Notes: a model not told the origin generated them from the sequence alone. A DNA stretch of 47,446 nucleotides from a virus (IMGVR_UViG_3300016665_000105:1-47446); one strand, 5' to 3'. Positions 17,192 to 27,489 are shown, numbered from the stretch's first letter. Translations and numbers: made by a program.

Positions 17192-19071
17192 TGGCACGGC
17201 AACTTGATCCAGATCCAGAAATCTTAGATGCTCTAACAACATACGTTGCTGACGAGCTTCTGAATCATCATGCAGAGCGTGGCAAGCTTGAAGATCGTTG
17301 GATCAAGGAGCAGACAGAGTTCTGGGCAGAGCCTTCCGAGTCTTCACCAGAGCTTCCTGTTACTGGCTTTGCATCCATCATCGTTCCGCTTACTGCAATC
17401 GCTGTCGAAGCTGTCCATGCACGAGATATGGGACAGCTCTTTGGACTCAAGGAACTTGTTACGGTAGATGTTCACCCTGACTTTCAAGATGCAAAGCAGG
17501 GACTTGAGCAGCTATTCAATAATGAGTTTCTTAACGTTATGGAGTTTCGCAAGAAGGTAGAGTCTCCTCTCTTGCAGATGACCAAGAACGGAACCGGCAT
17601 CATGACTGTCGGTTACCGTGAGGTTAAGACGAACGTTGTTCGTACTGCTGAAGGAAAGGAGATCAAGGTTCCAGTCTATCGTCAGAAGGGAACCTCGATT
17701 GATGGCGTAGATGTCAATGACTTCTACATGCCCTTCTACTCTACCGATATTAGTGATTCTCCTTGGGTTGGACATCGCTTCAAGATCTCTGAGTATACCC
17801 TGAAGCAGATGGTTGCAGCTTCTCAGCTTGCTCCAGACGCTTACGAGAAGCTTAGTGGATATTACATTGGCATCAGTCAAGACGATCAAGCTCTTGCTAC
17901 TATTGAAGCTTTGACGGATACTGTTCCTGTCTACCCGTCTGAGATCAAACTGACTCGCGTTCTTCTTGATTACGATGTCGATGGCAATGGCGAAGAGTCT
18001 TCCATCGAAGTCATCTTCCACGAAGAGTCTCGTCAGATCCTTTCTCTTGTCTATGCTGAAGAGCGAGACTATGAGAAGGGCGTCTACATTCCAATGGAAT
18101 ATCGTTGGTATGGATACGGCATCGCAAAGCAGAACAATCAGTTCCAAGAAGAAGTTACTGCCCAGCATCGTCAGCGCCTCGATAACGCGACGATTGCGAA
18201 CATGGCAATGTTCAAGGTTAAGAAAACTGCATCTTGGATCAAGGATGATGAGCCTATCTTCCCCGGCAAGAAGTGGTTCGTGGAAGATATGGAAGACATC
18301 CAGCCCATGTTCATCGGTGATGTCAAGGCGTCTGCGTACAACAATGAGAATCAAGTCGTCATCTATTCTCAGCAGCGTACTGGCGTCAATGAGCTTACGC
18401 TAGGCATGCCAAACGTTGGTACTCCCGGTACGGCTTCCGATTCTCTCGCTCGCGTACAAGAGTCCAACCGTAAGTTTGATTATACCTACAATAACAAGAA
18501 GGACTTCCTGAATCGTGTTGTTGCTCGGGCAGCGCAGAACATCATTCGTTACGGTCCAGTTGATCGTCAAGTTCTCACGCTTGTTCCGAACGCTTCTCAG
18601 GTTGAACTCTTCATGCGTGACATCGAGCGCGCAAAGAGTAAGATCTTCTTCAACATTCAACTTGCTGGCGCTAAGAATAATAAGATTCTTGATCGCAATA
18701 CCTATACGCAACTCGCTGGCATGCAGACTCAGTATTGGACTCAGATCCTTGGCCTTGCACAGCAGATGCAAGATCCTGCTTTGATTCAAGCCATGACTAC
18801 TGCGGCACTTCGTGCTGCCGATCAGATCAATCTTGAGATCCTGCGTGCGTTTGATGTGCCTAATCCCGAGAAGCTAATCTTCAACTTCGATGCGTACAAG
18901 CCCGCTCAGATTTCTCCCAGCGTACAACCCCAAGCTCCAGCAGCACCTCAAGGAGCTAATGCAACTCCCGCAGGGGGAATCACTTCTGTTCTTGCTCCAA
19001 ACGCTCGAATCGAAACACCTAACGTCACTACGCAAGGCGGATTTCCCCCCGGCTTATCACTTGCAGGGTAA
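17191..19071 (+). CDS. portal protein (P22-like podoviral)
   Basis: Size and position; WYGYGIA...QRLDNA motif; TGVNELTLG...TAS segment. Confidence 0.85.
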   Translation: MARQLDPDPEILDALTTYVADELLNHHAERGKLEDRWIKEQTEFWAEPSESSPELPVTGFASIIVPLTAIAVEAVHARDMGQLFGLKELVTVDVHPDFQDAKQGLEQLFNNEFLNVMEFRKKVESPLLQMTKNGTGIMTVGYREVKTNVVRTAEGKEIKVPVYRQKGTSIDGVDVNDFYMPFYSTDISDSPWVGHRFKISEYTLKQMVAASQLAPDAYEKLSGYYIGISQDDQALATIEALTDTVPVYPSEIKLTRVLLDYDVDGNGEESSIEVIFHEESRQILSLVYAEERDYEKGVYIPMEYRWYGYGIAKQNNQFQEEVTAQHRQRLDNATIANMAMFKVKKTASWIKDDEPIFPGKKWFVEDMEDIQPMFIGDVKASAYNNENQVVIYSQQRTGVNELTLGMPNVGTPGTASDSLARVQESNRKFDYTYNNKKDFLNRVVARAAQNIIRYGPVDRQVLTLVPNASQVELFMRDIERAKSKIFFNIQLAGAKNNKILDRNTYTQLAGMQTQYWTQILGLAQQMQDPALIQAMTTAALRAADQINLEILRAFDVPNPEKLIFNFDAYKPAQISPSVQPQAPAAPQGANATPAGGITSVLAPNARIETPNVTTQGGFPPGLSLAG

Positions 19072-19141
19072 GCTGGATCTTATCGAAGAACTGCAAGCAA
19101 CTTTAACTGAGGCAAAGGAACATGGACGTCCAGCAAGATGA
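18890..19141 (+). CDS. hypothetical helical protein (83 aa) overlapping portal 3' end
   Basis: Amphipathic helices with LQGKL motif, like the small genes often found between portal and scaffold. Confidence 0.55.
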   Translation: MRTSPLRFLPAYNPKLQQHLKELMQLPQGESLLFLLQTLESKHLTSLRKADFPPAYHLQGKLDLIEELQATLTEAKEHGRPAR

Positions 19142-19868
19142 TCTTCAGCAAGACGTTGGGCAGGACACACACCTTGACCAACAGGCTGACACACAGCAGA
19201 TTGATGCACAGCAAGCCCAACCAGCTCCTATTCCGGATCTTGATTGGCGTTCGTTGTATGCTCAGTCTGTTCGTGAGCGGCAGCAGCGTGAGTTGGAAAT
19301 CGAGCAGCTTCGTCAGCAACAGCAGCGTCCTCAGCAGACTGAGAACCTTGACGTTACTGACGCTGACATCGAGAAGCTTGGTACCGTAGAGACTATCTCT
19401 CGTATTGTCCGCAAGCAACTTCAAGATTCGCTTGCTGATGTTGGTGAGATCTCTCGCGACTTCAAGCGTCAGAAGCAGATGGACAATGCTGAGACTGCGT
19501 TCTACCAGCAGTTTCCCCATCTCACTCAGTATCGTGATGTTCTGTCTTCCACGATTCGTGGCCAACTTCAGAACGCACCGAACGTCGATGCTTCTACGTT
19601 TGCAACTCAGGCATTCGCTACGATTGGCTACTACACCGCCATGAATGCCGCCACTCCTGCTGCTCCCGTGTCCAATACTCCTCCTGCTCGTCAGTCTGTT
19701 CCTGCTACGCGCACTAGCGGTGCCCCTACTCCCACCGCTGGCAGTGTTCGTAAGCTTTCTGAGCTTGAGCGTACTGCGATGCGTCGAGCTGGTTTTGATC
19801 CCAACAAGCGCGATGACGTGACTGCCTTCTTCGCCATTGTTGATAACGATGAGGGCATCACCGTATGA
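19122..19868 (+). CDS. capsid scaffolding protein
   Basis: AAGGA SD; acidic/Q-rich N-terminus, coiled coil, Pro-rich linker, C-terminal helix-loop-helix. Confidence 0.7.
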   Translation: MDVQQDDLQQDVGQDTHLDQQADTQQIDAQQAQPAPIPDLDWRSLYAQSVRERQQRELEIEQLRQQQQRPQQTENLDVTDADIEKLGTVETISRIVRKQLQDSLADVGEISRDFKRQKQMDNAETAFYQQFPHLTQYRDVLSSTIRGQLQNAPNVDASTFATQAFATIGYYTAMNAATPAAPVSNTPPARQSVPATRTSGAPTPTAGSVRKLSELERTAMRRAGFDPNKRDDVTAFFAIVDNDEGITV

Positions 19869-20347
19869 CTACTCCTATCAAGCCGACCGATACGGTTCCG
19901 CAGCCCACGCAGCAAGAAGTTATCGAATACAAGCGTCGCTTGTTCGAGACTGCTGATCGGTCGTTCGTGAATGATCGACTTACCGTTGCGCTTCCGGAAC
20001 ACCTGCACGGCGAATGGATTGGTGTCGATGAGTTCTCGCAGTTCCATGCTCAGGCCAAGGGTTATATTGATGGCACCGAGTTCCTTCGGCCTGAGAATGT
20101 GATGCACGAACGTCCCGATGGTTCGACTGTTGGTGACGTGAAGTTTATGGTTATCCCTAAGTGGAAGTATGAAGTTCAGTTGGAGCAAGCCGCTCTTATC
20201 TCTGAGCGCAACAGCGGCATCAACTCGGATACTGCTAACGAACGGTACAAGGCTTACGCTGCACAGCTTGGCCTTGGAGTTGAACGCGAAAAGTCAGTTG
20301 GTCGTACAATCTCTGGTGACGAACTCCAAGCACACCTTCCGAGGTAA
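19865..20347 (+). CDS. hypothetical head-module protein (160 aa)
   Basis: ATGA coupling; between scaffold and capsid genes. Confidence 0.75.
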   Translation: MTTPIKPTDTVPQPTQQEVIEYKRRLFETADRSFVNDRLTVALPEHLHGEWIGVDEFSQFHAQAKGYIDGTEFLRPENVMHERPDGSTVGDVKFMVIPKWKYEVQLEQAALISERNSGINSDTANERYKAYAAQLGLGVEREKSVGRTISGDELQAHLPR

Positions 20348-20353
20348 AAAGAA

Positions 20354-20857
20354 ATGGCTCTTCCGATTCGTCCGGCTTACGCCGAGTCGAGCGGCACTCC
20401 GTCGATCCAGCATCGTACTATTGGCGCAGCCCAAACTTTTAAGATTGGCGCTCCTCTAAAGTCGTCTGCTGGTCTGGCCGTTGAGGCTACGACTGCCGCT
20501 GATGCTGCTACGAACCTTATCGGGTTCTCCAATACCATTCCAGAGTCCACTTTTGGTTATGGTGCTGCGGATAGCCCGGCTACTGTGACTGGTCGTGAGA
20601 ACACCGTTGCGGTTGTCGTCGGCAATCGCTCCACTGTTTTCTACGGGCAGATCTCGACTGGTACTTCTGCTCTCGTTGCTCCTGCTGTTTCTGACATTGG
20701 CGTTGCTTACGGTCTTGTCAAGCAGGCTGATGGCTACTGGACTGTCAATCGTTCTGATACCACGAACCTCGCTGTTACTGTCACTGCTATTGATACTAGC
20801 GTTGACGGTCCTGGTCGTGTGTACTTCAAGATCCGTCAAGCCTCCCTCGCTGCCTAA
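20354..20857 (+). CDS. putative capsid decoration/cement protein
   Basis: A/T/G-rich beta protein directly before MCP, highly expressed codon bias. Confidence 0.6.
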   Translation: MALPIRPAYAESSGTPSIQHRTIGAAQTFKIGAPLKSSAGLAVEATTAADAATNLIGFSNTIPESTFGYGAADSPATVTGRENTVAVVVGNRSTVFYGQISTGTSALVAPAVSDIGVAYGLVKQADGYWTVNRSDTTNLAVTVTAIDTSVDGPGRVYFKIRQASLAA

Positions 20858-20872
20858 GGAGAATAGTTAACA

Positions 20873-21787
20873 ATGTCGATGATTCAGCAGCATCGTCTTC
20901 TTGCACGTCCTGGTCTTCGTCGGGACTTCCAAGATACGATCAAGAAGTTCCCGCTTATGTACAACAAGTACCTGAAGGAGGGTACGCACGGCGAGCCTGA
21001 AATTTCTGCTACTACGATCGTTGGTCCGAATCGTCTTATGCAGAGCCGTGAGCTTGAGCCTGTCATCTATCAGGAGGTTGTGTCCGGTCCTAAGGTCATG
21101 GCAGTTGACAAGACCTACAAGGGCGGCTACTTCCTGTCGAAGGAAGCGATCGACGATGACCAGTACGGTAAGCTGAACCAAGGCGCGAAGTGGCTGGCCG
21201 AGGCGGCGATGTACACGAAGGAGTATACGTCTGTCGCGCTCATTGATGATGCGTTCAACGGCACGAACTTCAAGGGGATGGACAACCTTTCCCTTCTGAA
21301 CACTGCTCACACGCTCATCAACAGCACGGCTACTGTTGCGAACCGTCCTACGAATCCTGTCTCGCTGTCCGTCGCTGGCTTCACTGCACTGATGGATCTT
21401 GCTCGCAAGTGCAAGAACGAGAACGGCGATCCGATGATGGTGATGCCGAATAAGCTCATGATCGCTAACGATCAGGGCCAGATCAACAAGGCGTACCAGA
21501 TCCTTGAGTCGAGCCTTGAGCCGTTCTCGGCTAACAATCAGGATAATCCGATCCGTCGGAACTTCAAGCCGACTGAGGTGATTATCAATCCGTACATGAC
21601 CAATCTGTTCCACTACTTTATTCTGGACAGCGAGCTGAACGATGCTCACTTCCTGAATCGTGAAGCGATTGGCATGACCGATTGGTACGACAACGAGGTT
21701 GATGCCTCGAAGGTCAAGGCTCGCGGTCGTTGGATCATCTGGTTCTACAACTGGCGTGGCTGGTACGGCACCAACCCGAGCGCCTAA
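20873..21787 (+). CDS. major capsid protein (Mu gpT-like, HK97 fold)
   Basis: AAGGAG SD; PGL..F, SKEAIDDDQY, DNLSLLNTAH, NENGDP..PNKL, R..F.NWRG.YG motifs. Confidence 0.85.
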   Translation: MSMIQQHRLLARPGLRRDFQDTIKKFPLMYNKYLKEGTHGEPEISATTIVGPNRLMQSRELEPVIYQEVVSGPKVMAVDKTYKGGYFLSKEAIDDDQYGKLNQGAKWLAEAAMYTKEYTSVALIDDAFNGTNFKGMDNLSLLNTAHTLINSTATVANRPTNPVSLSVAGFTALMDLARKCKNENGDPMMVMPNKLMIANDQGQINKAYQILESSLEPFSANNQDNPIRRNFKPTEVIINPYMTNLFHYFILDSELNDAHFLNREAIGMTDWYDNEVDASKVKARGRWIIWFYNWRGWYGTNPSA

Positions 21788-21789
21788 TC

Positions 21790-22263
21790 ATGCAGATCCC
21801 TACTGGATTTAGCTGGGTTAACATCCGGGGGAGCGCTGACGAGAACACCCCAAATCCTGCTGGTGGCATTGTTCACCTCTTCACCGCGGGCGCTACGCTG
21901 CTTGTCGGTGATGCTGTGTTCCTCTCTGCTGCCAATACCGTGAACAAGTCCACTACTGCTGCCAGCTACGTTTCCTTCGTTGGATTCGTAGTTGGCGGCG
22001 ACAGCAACGGGGATCGCGTCGATGATGCTGTCGGCGTTACCGCTGCTACGGTTGGACAATCTGTCATGGTCCAGATTTCTGGTATCGCTCGCGCAATCGC
22101 TGGTGCTGCTATCACCGCTGGTACTAGCACCAACGTCGTTCCTTCCGCTGCTGTTGCTGGTCGCGTCATTGCTGGTACGACTGCCGATCAGCGTCTTGGT
22201 ATTCCCACGAACACGCAGGCTACTGCGGCTGGCGAGGTTCGAGTTCTCATCACCCAGTTCTAA
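21790..22263 (+). CDS. putative capsid cement/fibre protein
   Basis: Start ATG 21790; GDAV...VQISG.A...GAAITAG pattern. Confidence 0.6.
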   Translation: MQIPTGFSWVNIRGSADENTPNPAGGIVHLFTAGATLLVGDAVFLSAANTVNKSTTAASYVSFVGFVVGGDSNGDRVDDAVGVTAATVGQSVMVQISGIARAIAGAAITAGTSTNVVPSAAVAGRVIAGTTADQRLGIPTNTQATAAGEVRVLITQF

Positions 22264-22268
22264 CTCAG

Positions 22269-22511
22269 ATGCGCTTCCCCCTAATTGTAGCAGCTCGTCC
22301 ATCTGAGGGAATCAGTTACCCTCATGTAACTCTACGCGCTGGCGTCTGGCGATTCTCTTCAAACCATGTGGAATCACTTTTGCGAGTGAATACTCCAGAC
22401 CAATCCGTAGAGTTGCATGAGGAACTGAACCTTACTTCTCCGACAAAAGTCTTCTTGACTTGCGAGAAGGCTGGCAAAGAACAATCAATCACGGTCTACG
22501 CATGTCGCTGA
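22269..22511 (+). CDS. hypothetical protein (80 aa)
   Basis: Fills gap in structural operon. Confidence 0.6.
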   Translation: MRFPLIVAARPSEGISYPHVTLRAGVWRFSSNHVESLLRVNTPDQSVELHEELNLTSPTKVFLTCEKAGKEQSITVYACR

Positions 22512-23152
22512 CTCTGGCACTTCTCCGCGATGACCTTCGTACGCATCTTGGTATGGACGAGGATGATCTTCCAGATTCAGATGCGGACCGACTTCTTAAC
22601 AGATCTTGGTGGTCACTCTCTTCGCAGTTGCGTTATCGTGAAAGGGAGAGTGTGCTTCTTCTTGGCTTGCTTGCTGGCGTCAAGGAGTACACAATCTCTT
22701 CTATCATTGATGTAATTCAGCGTGTCGTCATTCAGCCCGGAGATCAAGATCCCGATGCATGGGACCCTCTGATTAAGATTGACGATTGGAATATGTTTGA
22801 AATCCAAAATGATTCCGCTGCTGCGGAGGCCCTCCCAACTCGTTACTCTACGCGAGGCCAATCTATTGTATTTGATCCGACGCCAGATGCGGCGTATACA
22901 GTTCGCATTAAGTATCTAAAGACGCTAGCTGACATTGAAAGCTCTGGACCTGATGCTCCTCAAGAATGGCATGAAGTCATCCTTTGGGGTGCGATCAGCC
23001 GGGGCTTTTTTGCTAGGGGTGATTGGAACCGTGGTGTGCAAGCACAGAACCAGCAGGCTATCTTCTTGCAAGCACTCGATACGCAAGAAGATAAGAATCA
23101 AGAGGATCGAGTTTACAGCGGACTTAAGGTCATCCGCCGGAGGTATCCGTAA
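22502..23152 (+). CDS. head-tail adaptor protein
   Basis: LRDDLR..LG, LN, P.RY...FDPTPD..Y, PQEWHEVILWGA motifs. Confidence 0.7.
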   Translation: MSLTLALLRDDLRTHLGMDEDDLPDSDADRLLNRSWWSLSSQLRYRERESVLLLGLLAGVKEYTISSIIDVIQRVVIQPGDQDPDAWDPLIKIDDWNMFEIQNDSAAAEALPTRYSTRGQSIVFDPTPDAAYTVRIKYLKTLADIESSGPDAPQEWHEVILWGAISRGFFARGDWNRGVQAQNQQAIFLQALDTQEDKNQEDRVYSGLKVIRRRYP

Positions 23153-23694
23153 TGGCGTATACATACACCGATGGTGTTAATCCTGCGAAGCCCTCCGGCA
23201 CCGATCAAGCGAACGTTGATGACGATATGCGGCAAATAAAGCTCGCATATAACGAACGCTTCAATGACTTCTTCGGTGTTAACTGGGCTAACGATGATCC
23301 CATCGAACCGACTCGTATTGGCTCTGGCCTTAGCATTCAAGGAAAGCAAGTTGGAACTTTGATCTTTGATGCTGGTGTTTCTGGTCCCACCAAGGCCATT
23401 AACTGGGATGACGGAGATCAGCAGAGATTCATCCTGAACGCTAATACTACGCTTTCTTTTACGAACGTTGTCGCCGGAAGAACGTATCTCCTGTATATTA
23501 TTCAGGATGGGGCTGGTTCCAGAACCTGCACTTTTCCTGCGGTTGGACCTGCTGTTCGTGCTTCCAACGCTCTTAATTTCGGTACGCCTACTCTGGTCGG
23601 TACGGCTGGTTCTCTTAGCGTTATCAGCCTTACTGCTTTTACCTCTACAATTCTCGTGGCGTCGGTCGTAGCGACGGGTGTCAATGCTGTATAA
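23152..23694 (+). CDS. tail-associated protein (180 aa)
   Basis: DDDMRQIK anchor motif; INWDDG..Q..L..N, IIQDGAGSRT.TFP domain typical of fibres. Confidence 0.7.
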   Translation: MAYTYTDGVNPAKPSGTDQANVDDDMRQIKLAYNERFNDFFGVNWANDDPIEPTRIGSGLSIQGKQVGTLIFDAGVSGPTKAINWDDGDQQRFILNANTTLSFTNVVAGRTYLLYIIQDGAGSRTCTFPAVGPAVRASNALNFGTPTLVGTAGSLSVISLTAFTSTILVASVVATGVNAV

Positions 23695-24703
23695 TAGAAT
23701 CTTTCGTACAGTTTTGACACCCAGCCTCGCTTCGTTTAGTTACTCAAATGATCTTCGCTCAGGCTTCACTGATGCTTCGACGTATGCTCCATATGATTTC
23801 TTACTTACGTTTAACTATACAGAAACTGCTCCACCTCCAGCTCCATATACTTCTTGGTCCCTTCTAGTCCAACGTTCCACCAATAACATTACTTGGGTTG
23901 ACACTCCGGTAATTGGAAATTGGAGTGCCACAACTCCCGGAATCATCTCGATTCCAGATACTCAATGGTTCGTTGGATCTTACTATAGAGTTCAAACCGT
24001 TCTTCGTAATCCAGCCACCGGCGTCATCGAAGAGCGTTTCACGAATACGTCTTCGGTTGGTCCGATAGCCAATTATACTATCGCAACATACAAGGTATAC
24101 GGAGCTGTCCGTCAGTCTGCTGCGTCTATCTCTTCTATCGCCAGCATCGAACCCCCTGCCGGTTCTACTTTCTGGAACTGTGACATTATCAGTGCTGGCG
24201 GCGCTGGCTTTAGTTCTACTGGTGCGTTTTATGGGGGTGGTGGTGGCGGTGGTAGACTTGTACAGCTGGGCACTAATACTACACCAGCAGATAGATTCAC
24301 TATTTCTGTTTCTACTGGTCCCTCTGGTTTCTGTTCTATAACGAACACTACATACGGAGAGTTCTTCCGTGTTAGAAACGGGGGCAATGGTTTTGTTTCT
24401 GCTCCTGGCCAGGGTTCTACATCATTCAACGACGAAACAAATGCGTTGAGCTGGTTGATCCAAGGTATTGATGGGCCTAACGGAAACCTTACTCAAGGCG
24501 GTGGTCTAAGTGCAAACTTCTCACCACTCCCGGTTGCTGCTCCGTCGCAAGGTCCATTCGGCAATAGCGGACTTCCTGCCGACAACGCAATCATAGCTGG
24601 CTACTATGGCTTTGGTGGTAACGGTGTTCCAACTACATTCCCTAACGCATCCCCAGCACAAGGTTCTGGTGGAAATGTAACGCTCACTTTCTTCAAAGCC
24701 TAG
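23684..24703 (+). CDS. glycine-rich tail fibre-associated protein
   Basis: AGGAG...GGGGGGG, GGNG, YGFGGNG...GSGG.V motifs. Confidence 0.7.
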   Translation: MLYNRIFRTVLTPSLASFSYSNDLRSGFTDASTYAPYDFLLTFNYTETAPPPAPYTSWSLLVQRSTNNITWVDTPVIGNWSATTPGIISIPDTQWFVGSYYRVQTVLRNPATGVIEERFTNTSSVGPIANYTIATYKVYGAVRQSAASISSIASIEPPAGSTFWNCDIISAGGAGFSSTGAFYGGGGGGGRLVQLGTNTTPADRFTISVSTGPSGFCSITNTTYGEFFRVRNGGNGFVSAPGQGSTSFNDETNALSWLIQGIDGPNGNLTQGGGLSANFSPLPVAAPSQGPFGNSGLPADNAIIAGYYGFGGNGVPTTFPNASPAQGSGGNVTLTFFKA

Positions 24704-24706
24704 GCT

Positions 24707-24970
24707 ATGCCCGCCGAAACGAACACTTGGGAAGTCGTCAAGACAGTCATTGAAGTGGCTGTCGTTCCCTTTGGTCTTTGGATCGTAAATACCTTGCGTC
24801 TTGCTCTTGAAGAGCTTCGTACACTTCGTACAGTTCTCATCGGAGTAGATGGAAAGAATGGCATGCGTTCTCGTCTTCGACGACTTGAGCGTAGAGTAGA
24901 ACATCTTACGTTACAGCAAGCTGTACGACATGGAGAATCTCCGGACCTTGTCGATGAGGAAGATGATTGA
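24707..24970 (+). CDS. single-TM protein, holin/antiholin candidate
   Basis: N-terminal hydrophobic helix and coiled coil, directly upstream of lysin. Confidence 0.5.
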   Translation: MPAETNTWEVVKTVIEVAVVPFGLWIVNTLRLALEELRTLRTVLIGVDGKNGMRSRLRRLERRVEHLTLQQAVRHGESPDLVDEEDD

Positions 24971-25503
24971 TGTTTAGCAAGCTTCTACCTGTTATTCTAA
25001 AGGAAGAGGGTGGCTACGTTAACGATCCTGCGGATTCTGGGGGGGCCACCAATCGTGGAGTTACACAGAATACCTACAATCTTTTTCGTGACAGGCTCAA
25101 TCAAGATCGTAGGCATGTTCGTTATCTTACAATAGATGAGACTGAGAAGATCTACGAAGGATACTGGACTGATTCAAGAGCAGATCGTTTGCCAAGTGGT
25201 CTTGCTTTGATGCACTTTGATTTCGCTGTTAACGCTGGCTTTCGTCGTGCAGCCCTCACGTTGCAAGAAGTTCTTGAAGTGGAAGCCGATGGCATAATCG
25301 GTCCGAAGACTCTTGCTGCTGCCGTGGAGAAGAATAGTGCAGATACGATCCGCAAGTACGCAAGTTCTCGTAAAGACTTCTACGAGCGCCTTGCAAAGCG
25401 ACGCCCAAAAGACAGAAAGTTCCTCAAGGGCTGGCTCCTTAGAGTTGACAGAATTGAGGCAAAAGCTCTCGACGCCCACCGGCGAGCCGCTTCGGGTAGC
25501 TGA
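24970..25503 (+). CDS. endolysin, glycoside hydrolase family 108 with PG-binding domain
   Basis: EGGYVNDPADSGGATNRGVT, FDFAVNAG, DGIIGPKT, FLKGWLLR. Confidence 0.92.
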   Translation: MFSKLLPVILKEEGGYVNDPADSGGATNRGVTQNTYNLFRDRLNQDRRHVRYLTIDETEKIYEGYWTDSRADRLPSGLALMHFDFAVNAGFRRAALTLQEVLEVEADGIIGPKTLAAAVEKNSADTIRKYASSRKDFYERLAKRRPKDRKFLKGWLLRVDRIEAKALDAHRRAASGS

Positions 25504-25816
25504 TCCTGTTCAATTTGTTGGAACGGTACAGTTTACTGAACTTCCTGAACAGCCCATTCAACGAGTTGCTGTTGGCTTGACAACGCCAAATGTACTGAAC
25601 GTCACTCGTCTTGCTTTCTTTAATACAGTAAAGACTGACATCAGTAACTTCTTGAATGGGCAAGAGGGGCAAGAGATTATCCTTCTTGGGGATAACTTTA
25701 CTGAAGTTTTGAATAACATAAACATCACTAATCACACAGGTGCCGCAGTCAAACTTGACGCAGGTGTTGCGTACAAGTGGTGTTACATGCTCAGCAAATG
25801 GAGGCAAGTGAAGTGA
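25445..25816 (+). CDS. putative tail protein; start uncertain (TTG 25313, 25445 or 25454)
   Basis: TTPNV...ISNFLNGQEGQEIIL...W motif; GTGA overlap with next gene. Confidence 0.55.
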   Translation: MTELRQKLSTPTGEPLRVADPVQFVGTVQFTELPEQPIQRVAVGLTTPNVLNVTRLAFFNTVKTDISNFLNGQEGQEIILLGDNFTEVLNNINITNHTGAAVKLDAGVAYKWCYMLSKWRQVK

Positions 25817-27489
25817 GCAAGTTCAGGCTTCCCGTTACACAAGTTCAGCCTCCGGTAGAGCAGCCTCTTACTGAGGCTCGCATAACGGGAGGCATGAACT
25901 CGTATATAGATCCAGCTGATATTCCTGCGCCAGTTGGAGTCCTTGCTAGGAATGCAAGAACGTCAGCCGATTATACCAGTCGGGCACCGGGTGTAGAATT
26001 TGTAGGCGAGACTTCTCTTGCTGGAAGTTCTACACTCGATAGCTTCATACTGGATACAGAGCAGCTGGATACTAGCTCAAACTCTATCATTGTGTATAAC
26101 AATCCGGATAACAATCCGGTTCTGATGTATACGCAGTACGCTCGGTTTGATGGCACAAAGACTTTCCTTCGCTTCTCGCCCGCGCGCATTGATCGTTACA
26201 CGGCTGGTGTTCCAGCTGAGGTTACTCCTACTGGTTCACCGCTTGCTGGCACAGCAGAAGATGGTATTCGCTTTGTTCAGACGGCTGACGCAACGCGTGA
26301 TTATTTTATCTTTGCAAACAACGGTGCAAACGTAATTCAAGTTCTTAACACTACGGTTACTACTTACGGTCCGCTTGGAAACGCTGGACGTTACAAGTAC
26401 ATCTGTGCGTTTTTCAATCGCATCGTCGCTGCCAATAAAGTTGACGCTACCTCACCAAATCCAGTCCTTATTGCTTGGTCTGGAGATTTCAACTTTACGC
26501 AATGGAATCCAGCCACGGACATATCGGCGGGCAGCACCCCACTTGTGGAAGCCCAGTCCGATTACGCGGACCCCATTACTGGGCTATTCGGCTTCGCGTC
26601 GGTGATGTTGATTCTTCGGGAACGTTCTTTGTGGACTGCGACAAAGAGACCTGTTGCCTCGAATCCGTTTGCTTTCCAGGCGGCTTTCCCTTATGTGGGT
26701 TGCGACACGCCAAGCTCGGCAACCCAGACGAGGAATGGTATTGTTTGGTATGACTTCCGTGCCAACCAAGTATACGTTTATGAAGTTGGTGGAACTCCCC
26801 AGCCAATCGGTGATCCAATCAAGAACACATTGCAAGCTGCTATAAGCAATAAGAATCTTGTTTGGGGATCTTACGATCAAGTAAACAACACATACTTCTT
26901 GACTGTCCCAAGTGCAACATCTTCCTTGAGTCGTACATTCTTGTACAACTTTAGTACTGGCTCTTGGACGTATGATGATCGTGAGCTTGCTTACGGTGTC
27001 TATCCTGTTGATGGTGGCGCTGCGCGTCAAACCTACGATCAGCTGCAAGGTTCGTATGACCAACTACAGGCGGGTGCTGTAATATACAACAACATTGGTT
27101 TGCTTGGCGAGACTCCTCCGCAAAACTATATCGGTTACAAAGACGGAAGACTTTCATACGAAGTTAATCAAGACGATAAGAGCGAAGGTTTTGAGTGGAT
27201 CTCTAAGATCTACAGGACTCCATCTGGCGATCAGATGGTTTCTCGCTTGATGCTTCTGTATGAAGGATTGCGTAGCGGTGAGTTTGTTGTAGAGTACAGC
27301 AAGAACGGTCGTCCTTGGGAAACGTACAAGACTGTGCCTATCGTACCCGCTGAAGGGCGTAAGCGGGCATACTTCACCAAGCTTATTCGCGCCAACGAGT
27401 TTCAATGGCGCATCACCTGTTCGACGGGCGACTTCAAGCTTCTTGAATACAAGATTCTCATGTCGGCGTCGGAGGAGGACAAGATCTAA
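25813..27489 (+). CDS. tail nozzle/hub protein (P22 gp10 / T7 gp12-like beta-propeller)
   Basis: GAGG SD plus GTG; GGMN, IAWS, ITGL, VGC, YNFSTGSW motifs; position. Confidence 0.75.
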   Translation: MSKFRLPVTQVQPPVEQPLTEARITGGMNSYIDPADIPAPVGVLARNARTSADYTSRAPGVEFVGETSLAGSSTLDSFILDTEQLDTSSNSIIVYNNPDNNPVLMYTQYARFDGTKTFLRFSPARIDRYTAGVPAEVTPTGSPLAGTAEDGIRFVQTADATRDYFIFANNGANVIQVLNTTVTTYGPLGNAGRYKYICAFFNRIVAANKVDATSPNPVLIAWSGDFNFTQWNPATDISAGSTPLVEAQSDYADPITGLFGFASVMLILRERSLWTATKRPVASNPFAFQAAFPYVGCDTPSSATQTRNGIVWYDFRANQVYVYEVGGTPQPIGDPIKNTLQAAISNKNLVWGSYDQVNNTYFLTVPSATSSLSRTFLYNFSTGSWTYDDRELAYGVYPVDGGAARQTYDQLQGSYDQLQAGAVIYNNIGLLGETPPQNYIGYKDGRLSYEVNQDDKSEGFEWISKIYRTPSGDQMVSRLMLLYEGLRSGEFVVEYSKNGRPWETYKTVPIVPAEGRKRAYFTKLIRANEFQWRITCSTGDFKLLEYKILMSASEEDKI

